The notes beneath the pieces were generated by a model, which was not told the DNA's origin, ran no database searches, and saw only the letters and a program-made list of their open reading frames with translations. The position numbers and the translations under genes are program-made. From Hydrolagus colliei (taxonomy: Eukaryota), in the NCBI GenBank assembly GCA_035084275.1, contig CM068761.1:8494001-8558000 (forward strand): a DNA stretch of 64,000 bases, read 5' to 3'. Position 1 is the first letter of the stretch. The number at the start of each line of letters is the position of its first letter. This document shows positions 37,015-49,790 of the stretch, in pieces.

Positions 37015-37264
37015 CTTATGGAATGCCATCCCTCCATCCCTCCGTTTCGCCTCTTCCCTTTCCTCTTTCAAGGCCGGTCTGAAGACTTTCCTCTTCGATC
37101 GTGCCTTTTGTTCCACCCCGAACTCTTTTACCTCCCCTTCGTGTTTCACCCCTTCACAAACACTCCCCTACCAGCTCGGGTCACACGCCTCCTGTGCAGC
37201 GCCTTGGGATGTCCTCCCGACGTGAAATACGCTCTATAAATGTAATTTGTTGTTGTTGTTGTTG
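37015..37264 (+). mobile_element. L2 3'-end insertion with (GTT)n tail, unique to unit C
   Basis: LWECHP..FKAGLKTFLFDRAF, then ...gggatgtcctcccgacgtgaaa...(gtt)n. Replaces about 368 bp present in A. Confidence 0.82.
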
Positions 37265-37776
37265 TTATCACAACCAACCAGGTCCGAGATCCACGTTTGC
37301 ACATTCTGAGTCATGCGCTAATTTGTGAGTAAAAACTGTAAGTGTTGATTTTACTTCATGGGGGAGGAGGATTCAAAAATGTTCTTTTGGTCATCGTTTA
37401 CCACTATATTATATTCTATTTTGGTGGGCCTAATGCCGGAAAACACATACTGATACGGCATAAACTTGTATTTAATGACAACGATACTTAGGAAATCGTT
37501 TTATCATAGTGGATATATAATCTCTTTAAGTAATTATCAGTACTAGATCTGCTCAAGTAACGTTGGGGATTTGTTGTTAAAAACGTTTGATTTTAAGTGA
37601 AATACTGTATAGGGAAACCTAACTTAGCATAGGCCCTAATGCTATCAACAGTGATTACGTGTCTTGAGTACATTTCTGGTTTAAATTTTCTTACATTAAT
37701 ATTAAATAAAGATCAAAAACAACACCACTAGTATTGAAAATAAAATGTTTAACGTTCAATAAACACCTAATTGGAT

Positions 37777-38710
37777 AATAGCAACAAAATTACGTTGATA
37801 GGGCGCCTTTCATGTCAGGAGGATGTCCCAAGTCGCTGAACAGGTCAGGTCTCGATCAGTTATATGGGTGGTGGGGGGAAGGAGAATAGGAAAGGGGGGG
37901 AGTGTTAGGCAGTGAGGAGTAGGCACGGTCAAAGAGCAAAATGTTGAGACCGACCTAAAAGGAGGAAAGGGAGGAAGAGAGGTGAATGGGTTGCGGAATG
38001 CAGTTCCAGAGTGTGGGTTAGAGTGGCTGAAAGCCGGGCCACTATGATAGGTCGGTTTCGGATGGGGGACATGGTGCAGGAAAGAGCCCGCTGAACAGTG
38101 GGGATGGGCACGCTGATAGGGAGTCAGTAGGTTTGAAAGATAGGCTAGGGCAAGGCAATGAATGGCCTTGAAAGTGAGGATGAGGATCTGGAATGTAACT
38201 TCGTGGATGATGGGGAGCCAGTCTTGATGGGCGAGTTTGGGAGGGAAGTGGTCACGGAGCCTAATGCAGGAGATTCCATGAGCTGCAGAGTTCTGAATAA
38301 TCTTCTGTAGTTGAGCCTAGATGTGATGAAAGCGTGGATGAGTGTTTCAGCAGCATGGGGGATGAGGTAGTGGCGGAGTCTATCAATGGTTTGGAGTTGT
38401 TGGAAGGCTATATTGGTCATGGAGCGGATTTGTGGGTGGAAGGATACTTTGGGGTTGATTAAGACACCCAAATTCCTGACTGGCTTCAAGAGGTGGAGAG
38501 TGCACCCTTGAATGCCGATGTTGCCAGCACCTGACCTGTGGAGGCTCTGACGTGAGCAAATCAGGATGGCCTCTGTCTTGTTGATGTTTAGTTGGAGAAA
38601 CTTGTTCATTGTCGAGGATTAAATTATGGACAGGCATGCAATCAGAATTGCATTAGTCGTGGAGTTGAGGGTGGAAGCGGAAAGGTAGAGTTGGGTGTCT
38701 TCCGCATACA
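37777..38710 (-). mobile_element. L2 3' portion (orthologue of 7297-8232)
   Basis: ORF 38145-38609 carries NKFLQLNINKTEAIL...HAAETLIHAFITSRL. Confidence 0.87.
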
Positions 38711-39464
38711 TATTGGGAGTATGCGCCAAAACTCATCATCCTTGCTACGATTGGTTTGAAATTGGGATGGGTGGAAGCACGACCAATGCACAAAGAACGC
38801 GAAAGGAGTTGTTGATGAGATTTCAAAGAGTGAAGGCAGTACAAGGCAAAGTGTTTCCAAGTCAATTTTCCCAAGGAGTATGGCCAAAACATGATGAAGA
38901 CCTTTCGTGATGCATGGAAGTATAACTGCCTCTGCAGTATAAGTGGAGAGGCAGTGGCAGTGTGGTTCAATGTAGTGGAAGTGTGGGAATGCAGAACTGT
39001 GTGTGGCATCCATATTGGGATAAGGAAAGATCAGCACCGATGCTTTGTACAAGCTATGGGCGGTGAAAAATTAATCTGTTAATAGTATCATTGTCAGTTC
39101 GTTGGGTGAGGAATTGCAGGCTGCCTTCACCTTGGCAACTTTAAACTGGAGAAAATTAGCCACTATTCTGGGCTCGCTGCCTGAAAATGGCAGGAAACAC
39201 ATTGAGAAATATGGAGGAACAGCTTGAACACATGCTTATTTGTAAACAACAACAACAAAATACAATTTCTATAGCGCGTTTCACATTGGGAAGACATCCC
39301 AAGGCACTGACCAATCAGGTAGGGACCAGAGCGGGGGGCAGGGGTCAGGGTAGGAGGAAGGAGAATAAGAGAAGTGACTGTATATTTGTGAGCAAAACAC
39401 AGCAGCCAAAAATTGCGCACAGCAGTGTCCTACGAATAATAAAGTGGGATTGGGTTTAGGGGAG

Positions 39465-39960
39465 AAAGGTGGAAAAGAACATAAGTGGAGCGAGGGAGGG
39501 AAAGGTGGGGTGAGGTAACGTCGGGGAGTAAAAGGGTAGGAGAAAGGGGGGTAAGGTGTCGAGGGAAGGAAAGGTGGTGGGGGGTTTAAAATCAGGGAGA
39601 AATGGGGGGAGTAATTGGGTTAAGGGGGAATAGGGAGGGAAGGGATAAAAGGGGGAGAGGGAGCAGTTGGATGGAAGAGGGAGAAGAGAGGGAGGGAAGA
39701 GAGGGAAGTAAGGTGGGAAGAGAGGGAGGGGAAAGAAAGGGAAAGGGGTAGAGAGGGTAGAGTTGAAAGAGGGAGAGGAAGGAAAGGGGGGGAAGAGGGG
39801 GTGAAAAGCAGGATGAAAGAGAGGCAATGACAGAGGGATGTAAAGAAGAGTGCGGGTGTAGAACATAGAAATGGCACAGAAGAGAGGTAAAAGGGGAGGA
39901 GAGAAAGGAGGAAAGGTAGCGAGGGAAGAAAAGGGAAAGGTTAGAGGTCAAAAGGGGGTG
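39465..39960 (+). repeat. Purine-rich low-complexity tract
   Basis: Homologous to 9030-9520. Confidence 0.9.
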
Positions 39961-39991
39961 ATTAATTAATGGCAACAAAAATAACAATAAT

Positions 39992-40150
39992 GAACTCCTT
40001 GAGCTCGCCACTACTTGTCCTCACCATCTGCCTGGAAGATCCACTTAAGGTGGAACTGGACGTAGGTGAAATGGGAGGAGACGGCCAACAGTGATGCGTT
40101 GAACAGCTCCTGCTCGGCCTCCAGCCACTGCAGTTTCTATGGGATTTGGC
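39992..40150 (-). pseudogene. RUNDC1: RUNDC1-like fragment, copy 4
   Basis: Homologous to copies 1 and 2 (EAEQELFNASLLAVSSHFTYVQFHLK). Confidence 0.68.
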
Positions 40151-40187
40151 CTAGTGTGGTGACATGCCCCAAACCAACAAGCTCCTC

Positions 40188-40475
40188 AGCTGGTGTACTT
40201 GCTGATGGCCTTGATGCTCTCAGACACGGCATGGTTGGCCAGCCCACCCGGCAGCAGCAGCCTGACCGCCATCTAGATCTCCCGCGATATGGTGGTCTGC
40301 CACTTGCTATACTAGATCAGGTGATATGCCTCGCAGGCGATCCACTCAACGATGTCACTGAAGAACGAGTTCACACATTCATGGCCGACGATGGGATGCC
40401 CGTGTTTTGGTGGACCTGCTTCAGCACCTTGTTCATGTATGAGGTGTAACTCTGTGTCCTGCGCTTGCGGTAGTG
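40188..40475 (-). pseudogene. H2B: Histone H2B-like pseudogene, copy 4 (stop and frameshift)
   Basis: Homologous to copy 1, with an in-frame TAG (at 40310-40312) and a frameshift. Confidence 0.88.
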
Positions 40476-41191
40476 GCGTCTAACCCTTCTGTTTGTCCCC
40501 TGCCAGCACCTTTTGTCAGGTACCACCGAAGTGGTCAGCGGCTTGGTATGTCTTTCTGATGTGAAAGTTGCTCTATAAATGTAGTTTTGTTGTTGTTGTT
40601 CAGTCCCATATTTCTATGTTCTGTTGATAAGTTTGATCAGTTTAATCAAAATAATGCTAACTGTGATAATGATAACTGGATACCTGGGCTAAATCATTTC
40701 CTGACCTTAAACAAAATACAATTATGACCACATGTCATAATGCACATGAAGAAGCAAACGCTTTGTATCCTGTCCAGCAATGAGAAGTAAAATTAACATT
40801 GATTTCAATGACCATCATGGCCGAGAAACTGTACGATATTAAAATGCACAAATTGGCTTCCTCATGGACCTAAATAATATATGCAATATATCCAGTAAAG
40901 CATCACTTGAAATGAAAAGTCATCATTAAATGAAAGGTACTATTACGCTTGAAAACAATTACCATTTTCTTGTTAATATGGACGCTAAGGATCCCATGTC
41001 ACAATGCAAATGGGGAACAAAGCGTTTGGTGTCCTGGCCAACAATTGCCCCAATCAAATTATCTTTCATTTCAAAGCTGTTTGTGAAACAACACCACCCA
41101 CAAATTGGCTGCTACATTTTTCTCAACAGCATGCACAGTATATTCTGTGAAGCATCGTTTCTGGTCCTCTTGAAAGGAAAGGTGCTTTATG

Positions 41192-41543
41192 AACAACAAT
41201 TTTGATTTATATTTATATATGGCGCCCGTCACGATGGAGGGCATCTCAGCGCTTTTCACAATAGCGGATCCCGGGACCGAGCCAAGGGCAGGGGTAGAAA
41301 GGTGACCAAAGGCGTGGTCGAATAGAAAGGTCTTGCACTGTGACCTGAAACTGGGAAGAGAGGGAGCGAGGTGAAGGGAGTGAAGAAGGGAGTTCCGGAG
41401 GCTTGGGGAATAGTGGCTGAAGGCACAGCCACTGAGGGTGGAGCGGAGGATTCGGGGACACGGAGGAGGCCAGACCCGGTAGAGTGTCATCGGGAGCTGG
41501 TTTGGGGAGATCAGACAGGTAGGGTTTTGCAGAGGAGTGGAAG
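41192..41543 (-). mobile_element. Short L2 3'-end insertion (orthologue of 11010-11365)
   Basis: Same sequence at the same site. Confidence 0.8.
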
Positions 41544-44500
41544 GTCAAAAGTATTATCTATCTGTTCATTTAATTTAACAGTGAATGTATTATGGAAGTA
41601 TTCAGTTTAAAAATGAATGCAGCGCTGGGTTTTCCACGCATGTGCAAGTTATTTGACTTTGACTTGTCCTAAACGTGCATGGGATCAGCTCCTGGACAGA
41701 ATTGAATACACGTGAGTGGGCACTCTGGGGGAAATCTTCACTTGAGGACTGTTCTTCTTTTAGCGTGTTGTGTAACATAACTCTATTCTTACACTACCCG
41801 TTCCAATGCATATCACAATTTAGATGTCAGAGACATGTCCAGAAGATGGGACTTGTGTGTTCTTTTTTCATTAGAAGGAAAAGTAGATGCACAGCTGTTA
41901 ATGTTTTATCAGAAAAAGCAGCCGCTGTAATTCACTGTGGCACTGATCTGGCTGCGATTCATACAGGGGCGACTTTCCGACTGTTTTAAAGGGAACGTAA
42001 CCGAAAAAATGTGTGGACAACCTGTGCGCCGATTTTCATTCGTATTTTGTTTTGAATTCGTGTGATAACAATAAATGTACAAATATATATATTCAAAAAT
42101 ATTAAATCTATCTTTTGCAGCGCGTTGGGACGTCCTCCCGACGTGAAAGGCGCTTTATAAGTTTACATTGTTAGTGTTGTTTTTTCCTACCACGACTGTC
42201 TCCAAGTAAATTCCTTCGATTGAATAATAAATAACTAGCATAAAGTCAAAGCAAACCCAAATATGTCTATCTGTCTGTGTGAGGGATGGGTAACAGCGAA
42301 TGACAATCGCTCTTACAAATATCAGATGTAATAACATGAAGTAACCATTTTGTACTTGTGCTAAGTTGAATGTTAATTTCCCTGGGACTGGAATGGAATC
42401 CTGAGGCTCCTCACTCTCCCCCTCTCTCCATCTCCCTCACACCACTTACCTTATTGTGGAAAGTATTAGCTCCAGGTGGGCTACGGGATTTGCCATTCGT
42501 GGCGTTGCGGTGGCGATGCCTTGACGGTAGAGGCCAAACACTGTATGTGATAACCTCCTGTCTGTTGCTGTTCCCCAGGCTGACAGATCAAGAGAGAGGT
42601 CGCTGTGTTCATTATTTATAACTTTGCCTGAAGGAAATGTTCGTTTATCATCGGGGAATGTGAATCGCGCAATTATTCTGCTGTTAAACATATCACATCT
42701 GCAGTGAGGCATGGTGCAGTAAAGGGAATCCTAGCGTGAGGGCAGGGCTGCTACCTGCCGCAAGGTGATTTGGAGAATTTATTTCAGAAATCGAGAAACC
42801 GTATAAACAATTTGATTCACCCTGTCACCGGCTGTAAAATGTGACTGACACAGCAGGGTATGTATCAATTCAGGTGTGGCTTGTCGGTGTGTAAAATGTA
42901 ACTGAATGAACAGATGAAGCTTTCCCAACTACAAATTATCTTTCATCGGATCAAGTTTCAACAGCGTATGATCCTCTTTGAACCTGGGCAAGCGAATCTT
43001 GCAGGAGTCACACTCTGCAAAACCGTGAACTATATGAATATTTACAAGGATAAGACTTGTCCAATATACTGTGAATAATGGAAGTTTGTGCAATTTAAAC
43101 AAAGTACTCTTTTTTATACTGCAAATGGAAACTAACATCATCTTCTGATATACTTTACCTCAGTGTTTAGATCTCCAAGCGGGAAACATTGATTCGATTC
43201 CAGGCAGGGTGACACTTTGGGCAAGTTTCCTTACTCCACACGCCTGATAATAATCGCGAAAAAAAAATTGGTGATTTCACTTCACGACTGTTTGCTGGAC
43301 ACTGCTTTGCGCAATTGGCTGCAGCGTTTTGTCCACATATATACAGTCAATTAACTTGACATTATATACCGTGAGGCGCTGTGAGACGCCGAGAAGAAGT
43401 GACAAACGCCATATCAAATGGATGATTATTATTATTTATTATTATCATTATTTAATCAAACTCTCTAGGATGAAACATTATGCAGTATTACCATGAAATA
43501 CCTTTTGAAATCCGGGCGGTAAAATTGTTTAAACCTGCATGATTTTCTCCCAATTCCGTGGTTGATGTCACTAATGGCAGCACCATTGGAGAGACTCAAT
43601 AATATCATGGTTTTCCCCATACGTTGCTGCAGTTGGTCAGATGGGAATCATCGCTCATTAAAGACAGAGGCTGAGCGCCGGCTCAATCTGGTCAAAATAC
43701 ATTTTCTACCGTGAAACGTAACTTTATTATTTCCTTCAGGCATCATATTAAATGGATTCCGATTTATGTATCATGTATTGTGAGTTGTGTATTGTGCGCT
43801 ATTAATTATGAACTGAAATCAGCAAATACGGTGTCAAATAAATTATTGCGAAATCGGAAGCTCCTCTCTTCAACAATTCAAAGGTTGCATTCTGATTGTG
43901 CTCATGAACTGTTTTTCAGTGCAGAGTGTTTGGTCAAATGGAAAACATTTGTTTTCTTCCTATATTCAGGTTCTGACTCTCTATACAAACTCTATACAAT
44001 TAATAATAATGTTTCACTGAGCTGTCAATCAGCAGCTCCCGCCACATACTCCCTGTGACGCGATATTTAGTGTCTGGTGGTATGACTTATGATAGTTGGT
44101 ATTCACTACTTCAACACAGGACAATTTGAACAAGTCTACCCCACTGCCAAAAACACTATCATAAATTGGTCATTTCAATCCACGACTGTTTGTGAGACAC
44201 CGCTGTGCGCAAATGGATGCCTATAGTCTATTTTGAGAAATTTGAGACATCAAGAGCACTATATCAAAAGCGACGACTTTTATCCTTATTATTGTTGAGT
44301 TCTCAGCAGCAAACTATTGATAGTATAATAATGAACGGTGTGTGATGGTGTATGATGACCCCAACACTCATTGTTCCCTTTACATTGTTACACTTTGTCA
44401 CAGTTGAAAAGTACCGTCTAAAACTCTACACAAGAAAATGTTTTACCATTTACAGCAATGTGAATTACTGTATAGGATTATTTATTGAGGATCCTGAAGT

Positions 44501-44580
44501 TTTGGCCTGCTATTCAACAGTCGATTGCAACTTAACATGAAAAAAAAATTAAAACTTTTTTATCCACATTTATGTACCAG

Positions 44581-44903
44581 ACCCACGGGTCCCTTCGGTG
44601 ACTGTCCTTCCGCCGTCACCAGATCAAATCACAGCAAAGAGCAAGGCGACCCTGGTGTGTCTGGTGAATAATTTTACCCCGGGAGCTGTGGAGGTCCAGT
44701 GGACTGTGGATGGCAGTGCCAGAAGTGAAGGTGTTGAAACGAGTGCAATCAAGCAGGAGGTGGACAACACGTACAGTGTGAGCAGTTATCTGACTCTGCC
44801 AGCCTCCGAGTGGGAGTCACACGAGCTGTATTCCTGTCTGGTCAAACACGAGACTCGGGGGACTCCGCTGGAAAAAACCATCGCCAGATCAAGTTGTATC
44901 TAA
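44581..44903 (+). pseudogene. IGL: Orphan Ig light chain C exon; its promoter, leader and VJ are deleted
   Basis: 323-nt open C exon with intact acceptor (taccag at 44575-44580). Upstream sequence jumps at 43543/43544 from pre-promoter DNA into mid J-C intron. Confidence 0.9.
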
Positions 44904-46107
44904 ATTAGGAACATACAGAGCTAGTAGAATTTATCTTTGGTAATCTACATTAATAATTGTGTTAATGGTTTTTTGGAAATTAAAGTAATTTTGTCAGGAA
45001 TGCCCAAATTGAGAAACAAATTCGATTAAATACCTCCGGTAAATTTCCAACAGAAGGAATGAAGCTGCTTTATTTGCAAGTAGAGTACTACAATATGGTA
45101 ACAATAATTTGACTGTTTGCTGGAATTGAATGGTGGTAGTTTACAGTGTGGTCACGCTGCAATAATGAAGCCCCCTGTGTAACATTACATGAATAAGAAA
45201 TACTATAGTTTAATAAAACGACTCTTTCATTGCCCTCTGTGCCGTGGCTATTTTTCCTCATTTCTTCTTTTCATTTCATTATTATTTTATTTGAAACACG
45301 AACTTGTTCTTATTAGTTAAACATGCAAGCAGTACTTATATGCGTTTGAAATTTAGGTAGTAGAATTTTGGAAACATCTTAATCTTGGTCGCTACTTTGG
45401 AGCCTTTTCATGTTGTTGTTAAAAAGAACCATCCGTCAATGTAAACTCAACATCAATTAAAGTTAAAGTGAATTCAAGATATCGCACAATATTCAGTGTT
45501 AAGTCATGATTGTTTTTACAGGCTGAGCACGTGTGAAATGCTCTCCCCAACAATGCTATAGAACCACCTTCGGTTTGGAAGATAATTCGTTGAGATACTT
45601 TTGCCCTCTGCCTCTCCAGCCCTCCAATCTCTATAGAACTAAATCAAAGTATTACACAAGTGATTCACTCGATCATTATGCTGTGCTTTTGTGTTGTCAA
45701 AAGGAGTGAGAACCTATTGAAAGGTTAGATGACCATCAGGTGCAAATGAAACATCAAAATGTACCCACTCCGAAGAGCTCATTGTAGAGTTCCTCCCTTC
45801 CCCACCACGTGGCCAGTGAGCTCCAAGCCTGCGGTTGAGTAACGTACCAACTTCCGCATTGCAGCCTTTTAACACCCCCATGTGTCTCTGCAGTTTCCTT
45901 CAGTCGTTTAAGCTGCTGTCAATTCTAGTCAATATTTTCACTTCATTGCAAACCATTAAATCGGTACGATATAACCATCAAATAGAATTGTTCTCTGTTG
46001 GTCGATATCAAAACAAGTTTAATCATTGAAATGGAACTACGGTAAGAGGAAGCTGGACAACGACTTGTCTGGAATATACCAATCGCAGCTGGTACTGATG
46101 TCATCGA

Positions 46108-46291
46108 AGCACAAAATACTACAGAAGCTGAGAATCTGAAACAAAAACAAAAGTTGCTGGGGAAGCTCAGCAGGTCAAACAGCATCCAAAATGTGGCTGC
46201 GGAAACGGGTTTAGGTGAACACACAATCAAACACAATCAAGCAAATTTCTTTTGGATGCTGTTAGACCTGCTGAGTTTCCGCAGCATTTTT
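46108..46291. mobile_element. Palindromic insertion (orthologue of 17634-17818)
   Basis: Arms at about 46149-46191 and 46250-46291. TSD at 46094-46107 and 46292-46305. Confidence 0.8.
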
Positions 46292-47066
46292 ACTGATGTA
46301 ATCGAGATATTTATGTAACTCATATGGAATGAATCCCAAGCTCTGGCTAATGTAATAATGTAATAGCCTATAGTTATGTTTGTATTGGGAGAATTCATTA
46401 GTTGGAAAAGAATAGTATAATCGATTGAACCAATAAAAACAATAAAATGAATGATACACTGAGCACAACCGGCAGTGAGCGGACCATGTTCTCCATTCAC
46501 ATAATATAGTTTGCTGCTCTCCTAGTTTAAGAGTTTGCATTTGATAGTGTTTTTGAATAGTTATCTCAACCGAACAGGTCCGAGATAGACGTTTAAACAT
46601 TCTGACTCATGCGCTAATTTGTGAGTAAAAACTGTAAGTGTTGATTGTACTTCATGGGGGAGGAGGATTCAAAAATGTTATTTTGGTCATCGTTCACCAC
46701 CATTTTATATTCTATTTGGGTGGGCCTAATGCCGGTAAACACATGTTGATACGGCATAAACATATGTTTCAATATAACGATACTTGGGAAATCGCTTTGA
46801 CATCGTGTAGGTATATCTCTTTAAGTAATTATCAATACTGGATCTGCCCAAGTAACCTAGGGGATGTGTTCTTAAAAAATGTGATTTTACAAGAAATACC
46901 ATATAGTGAAACCTAAATTACCATAGCCCCCCATATTATCCACAGGAGTTAGGTTCCTTCAGTACATTTCTGGTTGAAATTTACTTACGGTAATACAAAA
47001 TAAAGACCAAAAGCAACACCACTAGTATTGAAAACAAAATAAAAGTTTAATGAATATATACATAAG

Positions 47067-49790
47067 ATAACAACAGCAAAATTATATTAATAGAGCGCAT
47101 TTCATGTCAGGAGGATGTCGCAAGGCGCTGAAAAATTAGATCATGTCCAATCGGGTAAATGGGTTTACCCGATTGTGGGTGTGTCGTGCCAAGAGAGAAG
47201 GAAAGGTGGGAGAGTTTGGAGGGGTGGAGAAGGCACGGTCGAAGAGGAAGCTGTTGAGACTGGTGTTAAAGGAGGAAAGGGAGGAAGAGAGGCGAACGGG
47301 TTGCAGGATGGCGTTCCAGAGTGTGGGACAGAGTGGCTGAAAGCACGGCCACCGATGGTAGGTCAGTTTTGGGCGGGCGACATAGAGCAGGAAAGAGTCC
47401 GCTAAATGGTGGGGATGGGCAGGCTGATAGGGAAGCAGTAGTTTGGAAAGATATGTGGGGGCAAGGCCATGAATGGTCTTGAAAGTGAGGACGAGGATCT
47501 GGAATTTAACCCTATTGAAGATGAGGAGCCAGTGGAGTTGGGCGAGGGTGGGAGTGATGTGGTCACAGAGCCTAGTGCAGGAGAGTCCACGAGCTGCAGA
47601 GTTCTGAATAATCTGCCGTAGGGGAGCCTAGATGTGATGAAAGCGTGGATGAGTGTTTCAGCAGCATGGGGGGTGAGGTAGTGGCGGAGGAGGTGGAAGT
47701 CTGTACCGTTCATGGCACGGATTTGGGGGAGGAAGGATAGTTTGCAGTGGATCAAGCTACCCAGATTGCTGACTGGTTTCAAGAGGTGAGATTGCAGCGT
47801 TGAACGCCGATGTTGCCAGCACCTGAGGTGCTGAGGCGCAGACGCCAGTGAATCAGGATGGCCTCTGTTTGTTGATGTTTAGCAGGAGGAAGTTGTCCCT
47901 TGTCCGGGAATAAATTTTGGACAGACATGCAGTCACAATGCCATTAGTCCTGGAGTTGAGGGTGGAAGCGGAATGGTAGAGTTGGGTGTCATCCGCACAC
48001 AAGTGGAAATTTACCACATATCAGGGTATGATGTCACCGAGGGGGAAGGAAGCATGTAGCTGGTGAGGAGCAGGGGGCCAGGAACAGAGGATGCCACATG
48101 TGACTGTAAATGTGAGGAAAAGCCGTTAGGGGTGAAAAACTGAAAGCTGTGTGAGACATATTGCTGGAACTAATCAAGAACAGACCCTTGAAAATCGAGG
48201 AGGGAAAAGAGGCGGGAGAGGAGAATTGCATGTTCAATGGAGTCAAAGGCAGTGGATAAATTGAGGAGGACGAGGAGGCAGAGGGAGGCCTGGTCACAGA
48301 TGGTCAGGTTGTCATTGGTGCTCTTGACCAGAGCAGTTTCCCACCCCGATTGGAGGGGTTCAAAAAGTGAGAGGGTTGAGTGGAAAGAGTGGAACTGTGA
48401 AGCAACACCTCTTTCGCTGAACTTCGACAGGAAAGGGAGAATGGAGATGGGCAGGCAACTCGAGAGCTGCAACACATTGAGAGAAGGTTTCTTTAGGATG
48501 GGGGTGATAGTGGCAGATTTGAGTTGAGTAGGCATGGTGCCAGATGAAAGGTGGCAGGTTAATGGTGTCGGTAATTAGTGGGGCTAGAAGGTGGAGCTGG
48601 GTGGTAAGAAGAGGGGTTTGGATGGGGTCAAGGGAGCAGGTGATGTGCTTCATGGAGTCGATGGTTTTTGTGATGGAGGATGGGGAGATGGTATGGAATG
48701 CATGGTTAGGACACAGGATTTGGGGCGAGGTGACAATTGGGTGGAAGTTGGAGGGACGGTGAATCGCAGAGCAGATTTCCTCGATTTTGGACACAAGGAA
48801 ATCCATCATCTCCTCGCAGCGGGAGTTCGATGAAAGGATATGTGAGGCAATGTGAGGCAGTGGGTGGGAGGATAGGACAACAATGGGGGGATGGAAGACC
48901 TGGTTGGTGTTGGAGAAAAGTATTCAGGGTTTGTATTTCGCCTCCAGGATTAGTCTGGACTAGAAGGACTATTTGGTGGAGGCTACAGTGGAGCGGTACG
49001 ATAAAGTGAGGTCCAGCCAGATGTGCCATTCGACAGTTAGGAGGGCTTTGAGCCAAGTGCGTCAGTGGCCCGCATCTGGCCCTTGAGGAAATGGAGGTGA
49101 GTGGTGAACCAGATTGAGGTTCGGAAGTAGAAGGCAGTTTGATAGGTGAGGGGTCAAGTGCTTTGAATGTGGTGGAGGGGGTTTTGTGGAGGAGAGTGAG
49201 TGCAGAGAATGCGTCACTGCTGAAGGTGTGCCAGATGGAGAGGAGTTTGGAGGACTCTAAGGTAGCAAAGAAAGTTTGTGGGGGGATCTTCCTCCATGGT
49301 CGGTAGAAAATGGCGGTAGGTTTGGGGGTGGAGGGGAGAGTGCTCGGAGATGGCCTTGTTGGTGATCATGAAATCAGAGACACTGAAGCTCAGGGTGATC
49401 ACCAAGTTAAGCCGGTGGCCGTGAATGTGTGTGGCGGAGTGGATGTGGAGGGAGAGGTTGAGAGAGGAGAGGAGGGAAGAGCACTCTGAGGAGGTGGAGC
49501 AAGTGAGGGTGAAGTGGAGGTTGATGTCGCCGAGAATGATGAGATGAAATGTGACATCCGATCGGAGGAGGATCAGAGGTAAGCTAGGAGTGTGGAGAAG
49601 TCAGAGATGAAGGTTTGGGAGAGTCAGTGCTGGAGGTGACTAAATATAAAAATAAGATAAAAAGGCAATTAAGAGAACACTGACTGGAGATGGTTGATGT
49701 GGACATTGCAAACACACTCTGGGGATCCGTACAAGGGGCAGGTAATCCCGCCTATTCATCTGAATGACTGATCACATCCACCATCTCCAG
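47067..49790 (-). mobile_element. Long decayed L2 (orthologue of 18594-21320)
   Basis: Same motifs and same boundaries. Confidence 0.9.
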
